From: Sanchytrium tribonematis
Lineage: Eukaryota
Direction: 5' to 3'
Length of the DNA: 29,304 nucleotides
NCBI GenBank assembly: GCA_018985235.1
Contig: JADGIG010000001.1
Coordinates: 62,001-91,304, forward strand
Shown piece by piece: positions 1 through 11,415 of this stretch. Numbering within the stretch: position 1 is the first letter of the stretch; every line of letters begins with the position of its first letter. Under the pieces are notes generated by a model. It saw nothing but the letters and a program-made list of their open reading frames with translations. It did no database searches and was not told the DNA's origin. Made by a program: the position numbers and the translations under genes.

Positions 1-2742
1 GATGCAGATTTCAATTGTGCATATGTCGCATCGTAGCCGGTCTCTTCTAGATCTGCCAGATCGTCGCTTTCTTTAGTAGAAAAAGTTTTTGGGCCAGTTT
101 GAGTCAAATTGATTATTATATCAACAAATTGAGCATAGAGAGATGGCTCTGCCTCCATCATATATGACGAGAGAGCTAGATTTCCAAATCCAACGATACA
201 AATTTTTCTTTGCACTATTCCAACTATATCTTTGGACTGGGGTATTAAAATGCCAGATATGATACTATAAAACATTCTAAATTAAAATGAAATACCCTGG
301 TTGAATGCTCTCCATGGTCTTCACAACATAATCTGGGCCAAAAGCATTATTAGCCAACAAATATGAAACGAATAAAGTGAACTCAACAGCAAATCTTGTC
401 TGCTTATTTGTTTGCAATTTTCCAAGTAGGATGGAAAAAATTTGTTTTGAATGATCTCTAAAAGATTCAAATGGAGTGTAATGGAAAAGTGCTGTCAATA
501 ATTTTAGTGCAAAAGACTCATTCACACGACTATTAAGAAGATTTTGGAAGACACCAAGTAGAGGCAATACTAAATTTCTATCCTGAAAAATATTAGGAGA
601 ATTAATCATGTAGGCTTGAAAAAGACGCACCAACGATTGAACATTAGAGTTAGCTTTCCAAACATCGGGTTTGACCAAAAAACTGAGCAATTCCTTCAGA
701 TTTAGCGGAAGCTGATTTCCAGGATGGGCGTCTAAAAGAACAGTCAAAATCTGGAATATATAAGGGCTAAATTCTATAATTTCCATGTTTAAAATACTCA
801 AGAATATTGGAATGAGCTGTTCATCAAATTGTTGAACCACTTGTGGATTGTTGTTACAACTAAATCGTAATACCATTCCAATCGCCTCAAAAAGGTAGTG
901 GTTAAATTTTGGATTAACCGGGTTTTTGCCAACTCTCTCTAAAAAGTTAAAGAATGTTGTTAATAATACATTATTGTAAGGGCTTACATCTTGCTTTAGA
1001 ACCATTATTAGTCTTACCATGACCTTGAGGTAATAATCATTTTCACTTAAATAAACACCTTCCTTTTTATTTAAGATCGTAAAAAAGGCGGTAAAAATTG
1101 GTTCAATGAGTGTTTGGATGTCTTTACTCTCAAACAACATAATACCATTCTGTTTGACACTCAAGATACGCTCGTAAGCATTAGATATAAAGGTGCACAC
1201 CACAGTATTTGGATTTTCAGATTGTATTTTTAATATATTGGTCAAATTTTCCATAACATTAAAAAGTTGATCCTTTTGGAACAATCCTCTAAAATGTGTT
1301 ATAAAATAAATTGCATCTGCTAGCAATATTGGCGTTGTAGTGGCTGCAAGGTCTGGCATGATGTTTTCTGTTAAAAAGGAACTAAGGACCTCGGCGTAAG
1401 CTGCGGGGTCAATACATACCGAACAAATTAATCTTGTTGCGGTGCTTTTATATTTCCATGAATTAGGATCGTTTTGATTATATAGCTTCAAGAACTCTTT
1501 GACAAATCTCAAACAAGACTGTGTAATGCTAGAGCTTATTGGTGATGATTCTACTAAAACTTTGACAAGCTCTGATGTGGATTTTGTAATGCTGATTGAG
1601 TCACTACCTTCAATTTCTCTTTGGGCATATGTCAGTGGCTCATCTTCAAACAATTCTATATCCTCCCGTCTTACTAATACATTCCCGACAATGACTTTAT
1701 TTACCATAAAATCTATTTCTTCAGTATTTCCATTCCCAACAAAAATGTGGATACCCTTATTTAATTTTATGCACAAAGTAACAACTTGAAGTGCTTTAGA
1801 CATCATTACGTCCCTTGTACTAGTAATCATAATAGAATTATTAAGGGATTCTTCAACTGTGAATGAATATTCTAAAACCAAGTCCCAAACACTTTGAATA
1901 ATCCCATCCAGATATTTGTCAATATCGTCCATGTACTTCGATATCAACGTTTGAATAATATCCAAGATACTTCCTCTAAGCTTCGTCAGCTTTGTTGACT
2001 CGTTTATAAGGCTTTGCTCATGATTTTTATAATTGGCATCTTTCCACAAAAGAAAATAACACCATATTTCACAAAATCTAGGAAGAAAGCCGAGAATTTC
2101 TTCGGGAATGTCGTGAAATATGAAGCAAAGAAATATTTTTGATATATTAATAAATAGCTCCAGTTGAAGATCTCTTTGTTCGATCGGCATCTCATTTGGG
2201 TAATTTGAAAACAAGCTGTCCATATATGGCAGAAGAAGCGGCACAAAAAAAGAGTTGACAGATCCTTTAATATCAGAAACAATCCCATGAGTCAAATCAT
2301 AACTTTTCCAAAGAGAAACATAAGTGTAAATAGTTTCCAATAATAGCATTTGAGTTTCTAAATTACTTTGAGAAAGATATTCTCCTAATATTTTAGGAAG
2401 TTCACTCCAATTATCGGAATCGGCAATAGTTGATATGCAAACACTAATCTGTTGTTTTACGATTTTTGAACAATTTTGTGCAGTCAAAAGATGTAATAAT
2501 TTTTGCTTCAGCATATTCCTAGATTCCAGGTCCATATAGTCATTTTGATGATAATGCCGAATAATAGCGTTTTTTAGAAATACGCTTGCGGTATGAGATA
2601 TAATTTTGTCTGGGTTTGTGGATAAGTCTACAAGGGATAGAAGGGTTGCTGGTTGGTTTTCTACTGAAGACATCAGTGAGGCAGTCGCAGCTTGTTGTGT
2701 TGCAGGATTGAGAGTTTGTTGCAATAATTCTGACAAGCTCAT
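1..2742 (-). CDS. CSE1: Exportin-2 / importin-alpha re-exporter Cse1 (3' partial; exons 2742-296 and 276-<1)
   Basis: Importin-beta N-terminal-like start (ASVFLKNAI), DIELFEDEPLTY, ENDYYLKVMVR and KNPVNPKFNHYLFE motifs. Removing intron 277-295 continues the frame as IQPGMFYSIISGILIP...RKICIVG...TGYDATYAQL, typical of the Cse1 C-terminus, open to the window edge. Confidence 0.95.
277..295 (-). other. 19-nt spliceosomal intron in CSE1 (GTATTTCATTTTAATTTAG)
   Basis: GT..AG ends. Removal joins CCA GG|A ATG and restores the conserved C-terminal reading frame. Confidence 0.9.
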
Positions 2743-2882
2743 TTCAAGGGGGAAAAGATTCCAATGTGTCCTACTGTGTTTATGATATGATTGTTAAAGG
2801 AACTAGATTCATCCAGAGTGAACACAGTGATTAATTATCTCCCGCAAGGCTCATCTATAGTCAAACACAACTTTTTTGAAAC

Positions 2883-3512
2883 ATGGCAAAGGGTGATGCA
2901 TCTACAACAGAAATACTCAAATATTTAAAAGAGACAAATCGTCCATATTCCGCTACAGATATATCATTGAATTTACAACTAAAGAAAACTGCTACTGTCA
3001 AGACATTGGCAGAAATGGCAGAGAATGGAACTTTAGCATTTAAAGAAAATGGAAAACAAGTGATATATTATATGCCACAATTGGATGATGGTCAAACAGC
3101 GGAAGAAGTAGATCAAGAAAAAAATACCATCAAACAATTGATGGAAGACATCACAGTGCTAAAAATCACAGAGCAAGAAAACAATCTTAAGATCCATGAA
3201 ATTAAGAAGTATCCTGATGATGATGACCTGGATCTTCAAATTTCTCAAATGAAAGAAAAAATATCCAAATTATCTGCAAGTTTAGAGGAATTCCAAAAGA
3301 ATCCAATTGATCCGAAAGAAAAAGATCGCATAAACAAGTCTTACACTGATATGATGAAATTATGGAAATCTAGAAAAGCAAAGTGCAAATTTATTGTTGA
3401 AGAACTGGCTGAGAAGATGGAGAAGAAACCAACTGAAATCGTTGAAGTAATGGGACTAGAAACTGATGAAGATTGCGAACAGCTATTCGAAAATTACAAT
3501 AAATACTTATAA
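2883..3512 (+). CDS. HOP2: Meiotic homologous-pairing protein Hop2 (TBPIP/PSMC3IP/Meu13)
   Basis: Winged-helix N-terminus ILKYLKETNRPYSATD...KENGKQVIY, a coiled coil, and C-terminal WKSRKAKC...GLETDE. Confidence 0.92.
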   Translation: MAKGDASTTEILKYLKETNRPYSATDISLNLQLKKTATVKTLAEMAENGTLAFKENGKQVIYYMPQLDDGQTAEEVDQEKNTIKQLMEDITVLKITEQENNLKIHEIKKYPDDDDLDLQISQMKEKISKLSASLEEFQKNPIDPKEKDRINKSYTDMMKLWKSRKAKCKFIVEELAEKMEKKPTEIVEVMGLETDEDCEQLFENYNKYL

Positions 3513-3513
3513 T

Positions 3514-4190
3514 TTATTTTTTACCTCGACCCGTTGGGGATTTTTCATCTGGTTTGTCTGACTTAAAGATAATGGCTGGCTGATTCGAAGATTCGCTTTT
3601 TTGACTTAATGGCAAAAATAATTTGTATTCAGTTGGAAGTTCTTCCTCGCTATATAATCTTTCGCTGAAATATACTCTTCTAATTCGGGTGTTAGCATGA
3701 ATGTCTACTCTTAATGCCTCAATATAGTTTGTGCCATATGCTCTTTTACAGAAATCTGCAAGATTAAACTGAATTTGATTCCAGCCTGGGTCTAACCTCA
3801 TTGGCATTGTGGTGACAAATGGATTTACCTTAGTACTAGAGGTATAATTTGATGCCAAAAATCTTCTTCTTATATTTTGATCGTCTTTAATCTAAATTAA
3901 TATGAAAATACAGCCACCTCAAAGGAAAAACTTTTGTTCATATTTTTGACAATAAGGACAAGGTATGGCAATTTGATACCCAAAGTCTCTTTCTCATTTT
4001 TTGGGCAAGTAATATAGGTAGTAGATGTATTAGCACCAACAATTTCGACAACAGAGCTTTGAATATCATCATCAGTGATTCTCTTAATTGAACCATTTTT
4101 GACATGAGAGTCGTCCCAAATGCCAAGAGGTTTCGAGCCTATAGAGTACATTATGGATAAAAATCCAGATTGAAATGTATTAGCAAACAT
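3514..4190 (-). CDS. CFAP20: Cilia- and flagella-associated protein 20 (Bug22), 218 aa after splicing; exons 4190-3912 and 3891-3514
   Basis: [22 protein letters not shown], and after the intron [16 protein letters not shown]...[15 protein letters not shown]...[18 protein letters not shown]. Very close to canonical CFAP20. Confidence 0.97.
3892..3911 (-). other. 20-nt intron in CFAP20 (GTATTTTCATATTAATTTAG)
   Basis: Removal gives [15 protein letters not shown], collinear with canonical FEVQVLDDKNVRRRF. Confidence 0.95.
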
Positions 4191-4252
4191 TTCAACAAAT
4201 TCAAGCTTTGGCCGATTTCAATTTCTAATTTTTATTTTTCCAAACAAAATTA

Positions 4253-5807
4253 ATGAATTTAGAAGCTTTACCTGTCTACGCAGCACCTGATGCCTACATA
4301 ATGTGCTTGAATCTATTTAATCAAATACAACACAACTCTATAGTTCAATACGGCTGCACCTTTAAAGATAATATTTTAATTATTGGCTGTTTAAAACATA
4401 CAAAGATAGAAAATGCAAATCCCGAATATTTTAATGACTATATTCTACAGCTAGTGCACGCTTTAAAATACCTTGTAGAAGAGGAAATTAATCCAATTTA
4501 CGCCTCAATTAGATTTGTCGGTAGGAAGCTTCTATTAGAAAACTGGTTTTATTCTTTGATTCAAAATTCTGTCGATTCTTTGCCGAACGTAAGCTCTGAG
4601 CACACTATCCAGCGGTTGGTAAAGGAAGTTGTGAATGCATGTGGCCTACGAGAGAGCGACATACCACAAGATTCGAACATATATTATGCTGTACAAGGAA
4701 TGCTGAAAAATGATAATATTATAGATTCAATCAAACAAGCATATGTGATATTAGAAAACAACCACCTTCTACCATTTTCACCAGAAGATTTATTTTATGC
4801 ACCTTTGTCAGGTTATCATTTTTTGTCCTGGGCCATGCAATTTGTAAACATTAAAAAAAACAAGCAGCCAATTTTGTTTTCAATGGAGCCTACATTTGTA
4901 CCAGCTAGGTCCGAGTTCTCTCCACCAACTGTAAGTGGCCCGCTATCTGTTATCAACTTTGACATTATTAACACTTTCAATCAGCACAAAAATTCGGAAA
5001 TTTTCCAAAATGGGTGTACCATCTTAAACAAACTACCTACAAATGATTTGACTTTTGATATTCACAACATTCCTCCTTGGATACGATCTGACGTATATCG
5101 TACTGTCTTTCGTGTGCACAGCAATGTCCAAAGCGATTATTTAAAATATTTAAAAATCATAGATCCCGAAACGACTTCGCAGATAGCTCTAGATGTTCCA
5201 CGCTGTCACAGCTACCATTCTGTATTAAGTTGTCCGACCGGCAGGCATATGCTGAGGAGGATTTTAGAAGTTTGGTGCAATGAAAACAAAGATTTAGAAT
5301 ATTGGCAAGGAATAGACTCGATCGCTGCAACTTTTTTAAATATATTTCTTTTCGATGAATCTATTGCGTATCATTGTTTTTCTACCTTTATAAGGACAAG
5401 ACTTGCTGGTTTATTTAAAAAGGGAGCTAGTGAATTTCCAATGCTTCTGAAATCATGTCAGGACCAAGTCACAAAAGAAATACCAAGACTTCAAGAATTG
5501 GATATTCAACCTGATTTGGTCACAGTTCCATGGTTTCTGACTGCTTTTTCTCGTATCACATATTTATTTAGACGTTTTACCATTTAGGCAGGTGTTTCTG
5601 ATTTGGGATACCCTAATATTCACATGCAATTCGCAAGATGAAACTACACAATTTTTGGTTGATCTGGGTGTTAAAATAATCCAGCACAGTCTTGGTAATT
5701 TGGAAGGCAGTAGTTTTGAAGATGGCCAATCTATGATTGATAAGCTATATGATCTAAGGGACTCAGACCTTCAAAAAATTCTTATAGAAGTAAATTCAAG
5801 CCCTTAG
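4253..5807 (+). CDS. TBCK: TBCK-like Rab-GAP TBC-domain protein, 511 aa; exons 4253-5552 and 5572-5807
   Basis: QIALDVPRCHSY...GRHMLRRILEVW...YWQGIDSIAATFL, and after splicing PWFLTAFSHVLPFRQVFLIWD, match the TBCK-type TBC domain. The N-terminus may be a degenerate pseudokinase. Confidence 0.8.
5553..5571 (+). other. 19-nt intron in TBCK-like gene (GTATCACATATTTATTTAG)
   Basis: Removal yields TCT C|AC GTT TTA CCA (SHVLP) and joins the 5592-5807 ORF in frame. Confidence 0.92.
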
Positions 5808-5823
5808 GTTAATCATAGGATCT

Positions 5824-6873
5824 TTATTTCCAGGTTATTTCGTCAGCAATTCGGAAAATATGGCAAATATTTTCATCATCTACAGAAGCCATCTGGAATG
5901 GTTTGGTAGGATGAAAATCAAAGTCTCCGATCCTGGCATTGTGACCGCCATGTAAAAACAACAATTCTGGAGGAGCTTCGTCATCCGTCATGCCGTTGAT
6001 TTTCATTATATCCCATACAAGCAATCGATTTCCCGCAATACTAGTGAATATACTTGGATGTGTGGGACTATATTTACATTTTAGTACCTCATCGTCGTGA
6101 TATTCGAACTTATGAACTGGAGTTTCGGCATATCTAATATCGTGAAATTCTATTGCATTCCCACAGGACAACAATAAACTTGAAGCGATTGACGGATGAG
6201 TATCGCAGGCTTTTGCATTTGAAGTCGGCAATTTGACAGCTACTTTGTCCGATCTAACATCGAGGATATATGATTTAGGACCAGCAGCTACAACAAGTGA
6301 ACTGTGACTTTTGACCCAGGTTGCTGCCTCGATTTGAGTTTTGTAGTGATACCTTGGACTTATCTTTTGAGAAAGTTGCTCTTCTTCAGTCAAATCCATT
6401 ATTTGGTAGACAGATAGACCCAAGTCGTCACCTACTAAAAGTTGGCCCGGTATCATTGACGAAAACTCAATAGTGTAACCTTCAGCGTCATTTTTGTGAA
6501 TAAGCTGAGGATTGGGTTTCTGGTCAATTTTGTGAGTCACATGCTTGGTTCTATCAAAGATACACACATCTTTCATTTTAGTTGCAATGATTTGATTATT
6601 TTGTGGCATCACATCAAGCGCATTTACCTCAGTCGAATGCGTAATGGACTGATAAATTTTGAAATCTTTTCCATCCTCAAATACATGAACATTTTCAGTG
6701 TCCTGACCAGAAGTATGAGTTCCCAGTACCAAGTAATCCTTTTTTGGGGTAGTATAATATTTACAAGTTAAACTAGGCCACTTGAGAACATGAACTAGTA
6801 GTCTGTCATAGAGAAATGGAGTGTTTTTCTTCCAGCATTTGTATTGTTCCAAATTTTGATCTTGCACCAACAT
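5824..6873 (-). CDS. Histone-binding WD40 protein, RBBP4/Hat2/Msi1 family (divergent, short)
   Basis: YKCWKKNTPFLYD...LKWPSLT, LVLGTHTSG, PPELLFLHGGHNARIGDF and SVDDEN are CAF1C/RBBP4 hallmarks. First ATG is at 6873. Confidence 0.9.
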   Translation of the reverse strand: MLVQDQNLEQYKCWKKNTPFLYDRLLVHVLKWPSLTCKYYTTPKKDYLVLGTHTSGQDTENVHVFEDGKDFKIYQSITHSTEVNALDVMPQNNQIIATKMKDVCIFDRTKHVTHKIDQKPNPQLIHKNDAEGYTIEFSSMIPGQLLVGDDLGLSVYQIMDLTEEEQLSQKISPRYHYKTQIEAATWVKSHSSLVVAAGPKSYILDVRSDKVAVKLPTSNAKACDTHPSIASSLLLSCGNAIEFHDIRYAETPVHKFEYHDDEVLKCKYSPTHPSIFTSIAGNRLLVWDIMKINGMTDDEAPPELLFLHGGHNARIGDFDFHPTKPFQMASVDDENICHIFRIADEITWK

Positions 6874-6975
6874 TTCGACAAGAAACAAGAAACAATAAAG
6901 GGGTTACGTAAATATCGTTCCCCAACTCTTGGCAAGATTTATAGACAATTAGAACATACATTATATAATTCTTCT

Positions 6976-7329
6976 TTATTTTGGAGTAAATTTGAATGTT
7001 AAGACATCATCCAATCTTGATATTTCAACATTTTTGGTCTCTACAGGACGTTGCCATTTATCCTTGAGTTCTGGTAATAAGTCAATCTTTTCGTAGTCTC
7101 CATTTTTTTCAGTCAGAATTGACTGCCATAATTTTTGATCTTGCTTCTTAATATTAACAATCAAAAAATCAGTGAACTGCTCCGTTGAGTAGGTAAACGG
7201 AAATGGAAAGATAAGAACAATGCTCGAGAAATACAATGAGCAACGCTCTTTATGAGTAGGAGGTTCAACACATTGTATCTTTAAAGTATCGATTGTTTGC
7301 CAAAATTTAAATGGGGATCCTTGTGTCAT
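6976..7329 (-). CDS. Small CS-domain (p23/HSP20-like) co-chaperone-like protein
   Basis: FKFWQTIDTLKI and LIVNIKKQDQKLWQSI resemble the first and last strands of CS domains. First ATG is at 7329. Confidence 0.5.
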   Translation of the reverse strand: MTQGSPFKFWQTIDTLKIQCVEPPTHKERCSLYFSSIVLIFPFPFTYSTEQFTDFLIVNIKKQDQKLWQSILTEKNGDYEKIDLLPELKDKWQRPVETKNVEISRLDDVLTFKFTPK

Positions 7330-7464
7330 GCGATGGTTCCTAGTTTTCAATTTATAAGCTAAAAACGAAATCCGATGAGGGAAGTATCTATGCAACGCCA
7401 ATGGATCAGTCGATTCCAATAAGGATCTTGTTGAAACAAAGTTTTAGAATAAAACCATCATCAA

Positions 7465-9869
7465 ATGAGTAGCGAAACTATTATATCTTATCATCAAGTC
7501 TTTGCGACTTACCTTGGCGAAAAAATAGATCCTTCTTCCCGGACAAATGCTAGACAAAAATTATCATTACTTTCAGAGAACCAATTTGGGGAACTAGCCA
7601 CGGATATACATGATGAATTGAAAAGACGTATATCTGTTGAAAAAATTCCATTTTTACAGGTCAGAAGCGATTTTCATCCAAAAAGAAATCAAGCTAGACA
7701 AAAATTGGCTACTTTACCAGAAAAAAGATTTAGAGATTTAGTAATTGATGTTATCGTGGAACTCGAAAGAAGATTTCCAGAACTTAGCACAGAAGAAACG
7801 AGTAGGCAGTCTACCCTTAAAAAAAGTGATCCTGTATTATCCCAAAAACCAGAAACTATTTTGAGTCCTAAAAATGAACTATCACCTTTGACAAAAGCAG
7901 ATGTCGTCCGCGAAGCTTATAATAAAGAATATTTGAGGGAAACGAAAAGTGTACAGGGTTCAGGTGACTTGAATTTTGCCAGCTTAGATTCTCTTATGAA
8001 AGACTTGGGAGATTTGGTAACAGGAAAATCAGATTCGACTGAAGATATTGTTCCTCAAAAGAAGAAGAAAGTCACTGAATCAGTGTTGTCGCTAGAAAAT
8101 TTACCGAAATCAGAGGACACTGCTAAAATTAGGAAGGAAAAAGAACTTTTGGAAAAGAAGTACCGGCAGGTAGAGTCAGATCTTGAGAAAGAAAGATCAA
8201 AAGTTCTTCAATGCCAAAAAGAACTCGGTGCAGCTCAGATTGAGTTGCAGAAGAGTAAATCTGAATTGGAAACCCTGAATTCTAAAAGAGGTGTTATTGA
8301 GAAGGAAGTAGATAGAGTTAAAGAATTGTTGGACAAGGAAAAAGCTCTTAGGCAAGCTGAAAAGCGGGAGCTTGAGCAGAAACTATCTTCAAAAGATTTC
8401 GAAATCCAAGAAAAGCAAAAAATTATTTTAAATATGGAGTCGATAGCGAACCAAAGTCAAAAGGCGCTCGATAAATATTTGAAGGAAATTGACCAACTCA
8501 AGACTGATAATTTGAGGCAGCTAGGAGAAATGAATATATTAAAGAAGAAATTATCCGAATTCGATTCCAAATCAGGCAATTTACACGAACAAGGCAGTCA
8601 AACAAATCTACTCACTGAAATAGATACTAAATCGAAAGATTTAGATCGAGCTTCTTCTCAAAAGCAGAAATCACCTTCTAAACTTGGAAAAAGCGAAGCC
8701 AAATTGGAAGGTGTCCAAAAAAGTTCCGAGAAGGATATCAATGGAGATATTAACAAAACTGATAGTAAAGTTTCAGATAAGAGTGAAAGCGTATCACCAA
8801 ATAAGTTAAAGTCTAAAGTACCAGAATCTTTATCAAAGGCCCCCTCGAGTTCGAAATTGAACGTCGAGAAAAAACCTAATGTTGACATTAACAATCTTCC
8901 ATGGGAAGTTTCACGTAAAACAATCGTTGTGTCGCAATTTTTAGACTCTGTAACCATTGATGATATAACTCCGTCAGTCAAAGGTGGGGTTGTTCCCTCA
9001 AGGCTTGGGGCATTCCAAAATTCTGTAGACACACTTCTCGATTCTCAGAAAAGCGGAGTGCCTGCTGATATTTTAGTAGCTATGAAGTCCATAGTGATAG
9101 CTTGCAAAAACATCACTAACGACATTGAAAAGTTCGAGTCCACGAGTGCTAGCGAAACTGCAAAAGAATCATTAACAGGTTTAAAAACTCAACTTTCTTC
9201 TTCCTTAACGGCATTAATGACTGCGGCCAAAAGCCACGCCACAGGGCTAGCAAAAGGCTCAAGCAAGTCGACTTCTGAGGACATCGAGAGAGGCTGTGAA
9301 GATTTAACAAAAGTGATTATCAATATTTTAAAAATTGCTAAAGTTAAGGCAGAAAAAGTCGATGAAGATGACATACCACTCAAAAAACTAAAAGATATGT
9401 CTCTAACACCGTCTGCAGAAACAAGCCCTCAAAAACAATCCAAATCAGTGATGTCTTCTGCGGATTTGAAAGTAATAATTTTTTAATTTAGACATTTCTT
9501 GAGAAACAGACAGATGTTATTGTTCAAAACATACAGCAATTACTATCACAAATGCGGACGGGAACCTTTGAAAACGAATTTCGGAATACAGTATCTGATA
9601 TATCAATTGTAGTTAAAAATTTATGTACAGTTTGTGAGGATGCCATTATAAGGAGTCCCGGCTATGAATCTCTTCGCACAGGTTCAAAGTCAATTGTGGA
9701 AGATCTGCAAAGAAGTAATGTTGAGCTTTCAAAGCTTGCTGACGAAGTCGTTGCTGCCTACTCAAAAGAGGGTGCTACATCTGAAATTGTACGCGGACTT
9801 AAACAAAAACTCGCTTCATCTAGCTATGAAATAGCAAAATACACCAAAGAACTAGTCAACCTTTTATAA
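7465..9869 (+). CDS. SPA2: Polarisome scaffold Spa2 (GIT/SHD repeats, coiled coil, C-terminal helical domains), 794 aa; exons 7465-9471 and 9492-9869
   Basis: Two Spa2-homology repeats (ARQKLSLLSENQFGELATDIHDELKRR; RNQARQKLATLPEKRFRDLVIDVIVELERRFP). After splicing: LKTFLEKQTDVIVQNIQQLL...KQKLASSSYEIAKYTKELV. Confidence 0.92.
9472..9491 (+). other. 20-nt intron in SPA2 (GTAATAATTTTTTAATTTAG)
   Basis: Removal puts the 9552-9869 ORF in frame and restores the C-terminal domain start. Confidence 0.92.
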
Positions 9870-10169
9870 TTTTAATAGCTCATACGAATAAAACTTTCTA
9901 ACTGATTTTTTAAAATCAGGCTGACGACGTCCTTGCATAATGAGGCTCCGATTGGATCGCCAAATATCCGGTAGTTTCAAAAAAATACGTCATGAGAGCT
10001 TTAAACCTCGATTCAGTTATTTCATGTACTATGGAAATATTTTAACTTTGATTTGGCTCAAAGTTTAGGATGACGCCATATCAAAAATTCAAGCCTTGTC
10101 AAATTTTACTGTGTCCATTATATCTCCTTGTTTCGTGTTTTTTCTTTGTTTCTAATAAATATTCAGAAC

Positions 10170-10301
10170 ATGATAAACATGAAATCTCAGAAAAAAGTCA
10201 ACAAGCCTACTAAATCCTATCGAGACGAAGATCTGGTAAAGAAAATTCAAGAATTTGACCATAAATTAAATGCATTGCAAATGTTCGAAAAGTTTCAATA
10301 A
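10170..10301 (+). CDS. Possible 43-aa small protein or uORF (MINMKSQKKVNKPTKSYRDEDLVKKIQEFDHKLNALQMFEKFQ)
   Basis: ATG-TAA frame below the ORF-track cutoff, heptad-like C-terminal half, followed by TAAATT a few nt downstream. Confidence 0.35.
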   Translation: MINMKSQKKVNKPTKSYRDEDLVKKIQEFDHKLNALQMFEKFQ

Positions 10302-10339
10302 AAAATAAATTTTTTTCTCCACAAAACTTCACAGCCTCT

Positions 10340-11386
10340 ATGACTCAAACTCTCGACGCTTCAACCTTACTAATCGAAGACAAAGAGAATATACCCATCA
10401 AGTCATTGAGCAGCTGCTCCTTCGCAAGGCCAGTAGTGCGACGAATTTGTCCGTCTAGCTGCCCGTTAGCTGCCAATTTTTACTACCTTCTATTTGATAT
10501 CCAATATCAAATGATCATGGTAGAGTCGCAAAACATTCACATTTTCCAAGAGTGTGAGGATAGACAATTTTATGGTTGGATAAAAAAAATGGCATTATGC
10601 CAATTAGAAAGATCGACGGTCTGGCGCGCTTGGTTTATATATCTTTGCACACACAAAAAGTTTATGATAAACGATACCTACTTGGCTACTTGCACTTGGA
10701 TTGCAATAAAATACGACGAAGATGTAGCTCCTGCATTTCATACAATTTTGAAATTATTTGACACTAATCCTAAAGATATCCAAGCCAAAGAAAGGGAAAT
10801 TCTCTGTTCTGTAGATTACAAACTTAACCTATTTACGCCAAACGAGTGGTTAACCTTGTATCTCAGAATGGCAGTTTTACGAACTCCATCTTTGTTTTCT
10901 GAAAAAAATCCCGCTGCTACTGCTAGCTACTTTGAATCCAGAAAAGGCTTAGATCCATACCATGTTCACTATTTGCCTGACATGGCTACGCTTTCTCGTG
11001 CATTTTTTCTCTTGGATATCTTGTCTTTGCACCCGAGCACTAGGCGTGTACCTTACTCTAAAACTGCTGCTGGAATCTTCATGTACATGTTTAATGATGG
11101 TAAATTTTAGTAATATAGACGATTATGTGAAAAAAGTCACTGGTTATCCTGCCCAAGTCCTTGAAGACATTATTGAGACACTCGACGACATTTTAATGTC
11201 ACAGCATATCCCGGAAAATTATATCTTCGATCCCAAAGACCCAGAATGGTAATCTGTAATTTATTTAGGGTCCATGTTCAAAAAATACCAATTTCAAGAA
11301 ATGACATGGAAAATTTGGAAAAGCAACAATTTGAGAACGATTGTATGTTGACGCCAAAAGACTCACCATGTCGAGCATATTCTTAG
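10340..11386 (+). CDS. Divergent cell-cycle cyclin, 335 aa; exons 10340-11099, 11119-11248, 11269-11386
   Basis: Cyclin-box helices LERSTVWRA...ATCTWIAIKYDEDVAP...AKEREILCSVDYKLNLFTPNEWL, then YSKTAAG and KKVTGY in the C-terminal box. Two introns give a continuous frame. Confidence 0.8.
11100..11118 (+). other. 19-nt intron in cyclin (GTAAATTTTAGTAATATAG)
   Basis: Removal gives GAT G|AC GAT TAT GTG AAA AAA GTC ACT GGT TAT (DDDYVKKVTGY). Confidence 0.85.
11249..11268 (+). other. 20-nt intron in cyclin (GTAATCTGTAATTTATTTAG)
   Basis: Matches the intron consensus. Removal extends the ORF by 38 codons to a TAG followed by TAAATT. Confidence 0.75.
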
Positions 11387-11415
11387 TAAATTCCCTCCAT
11401 AAATTTTTTGATACA

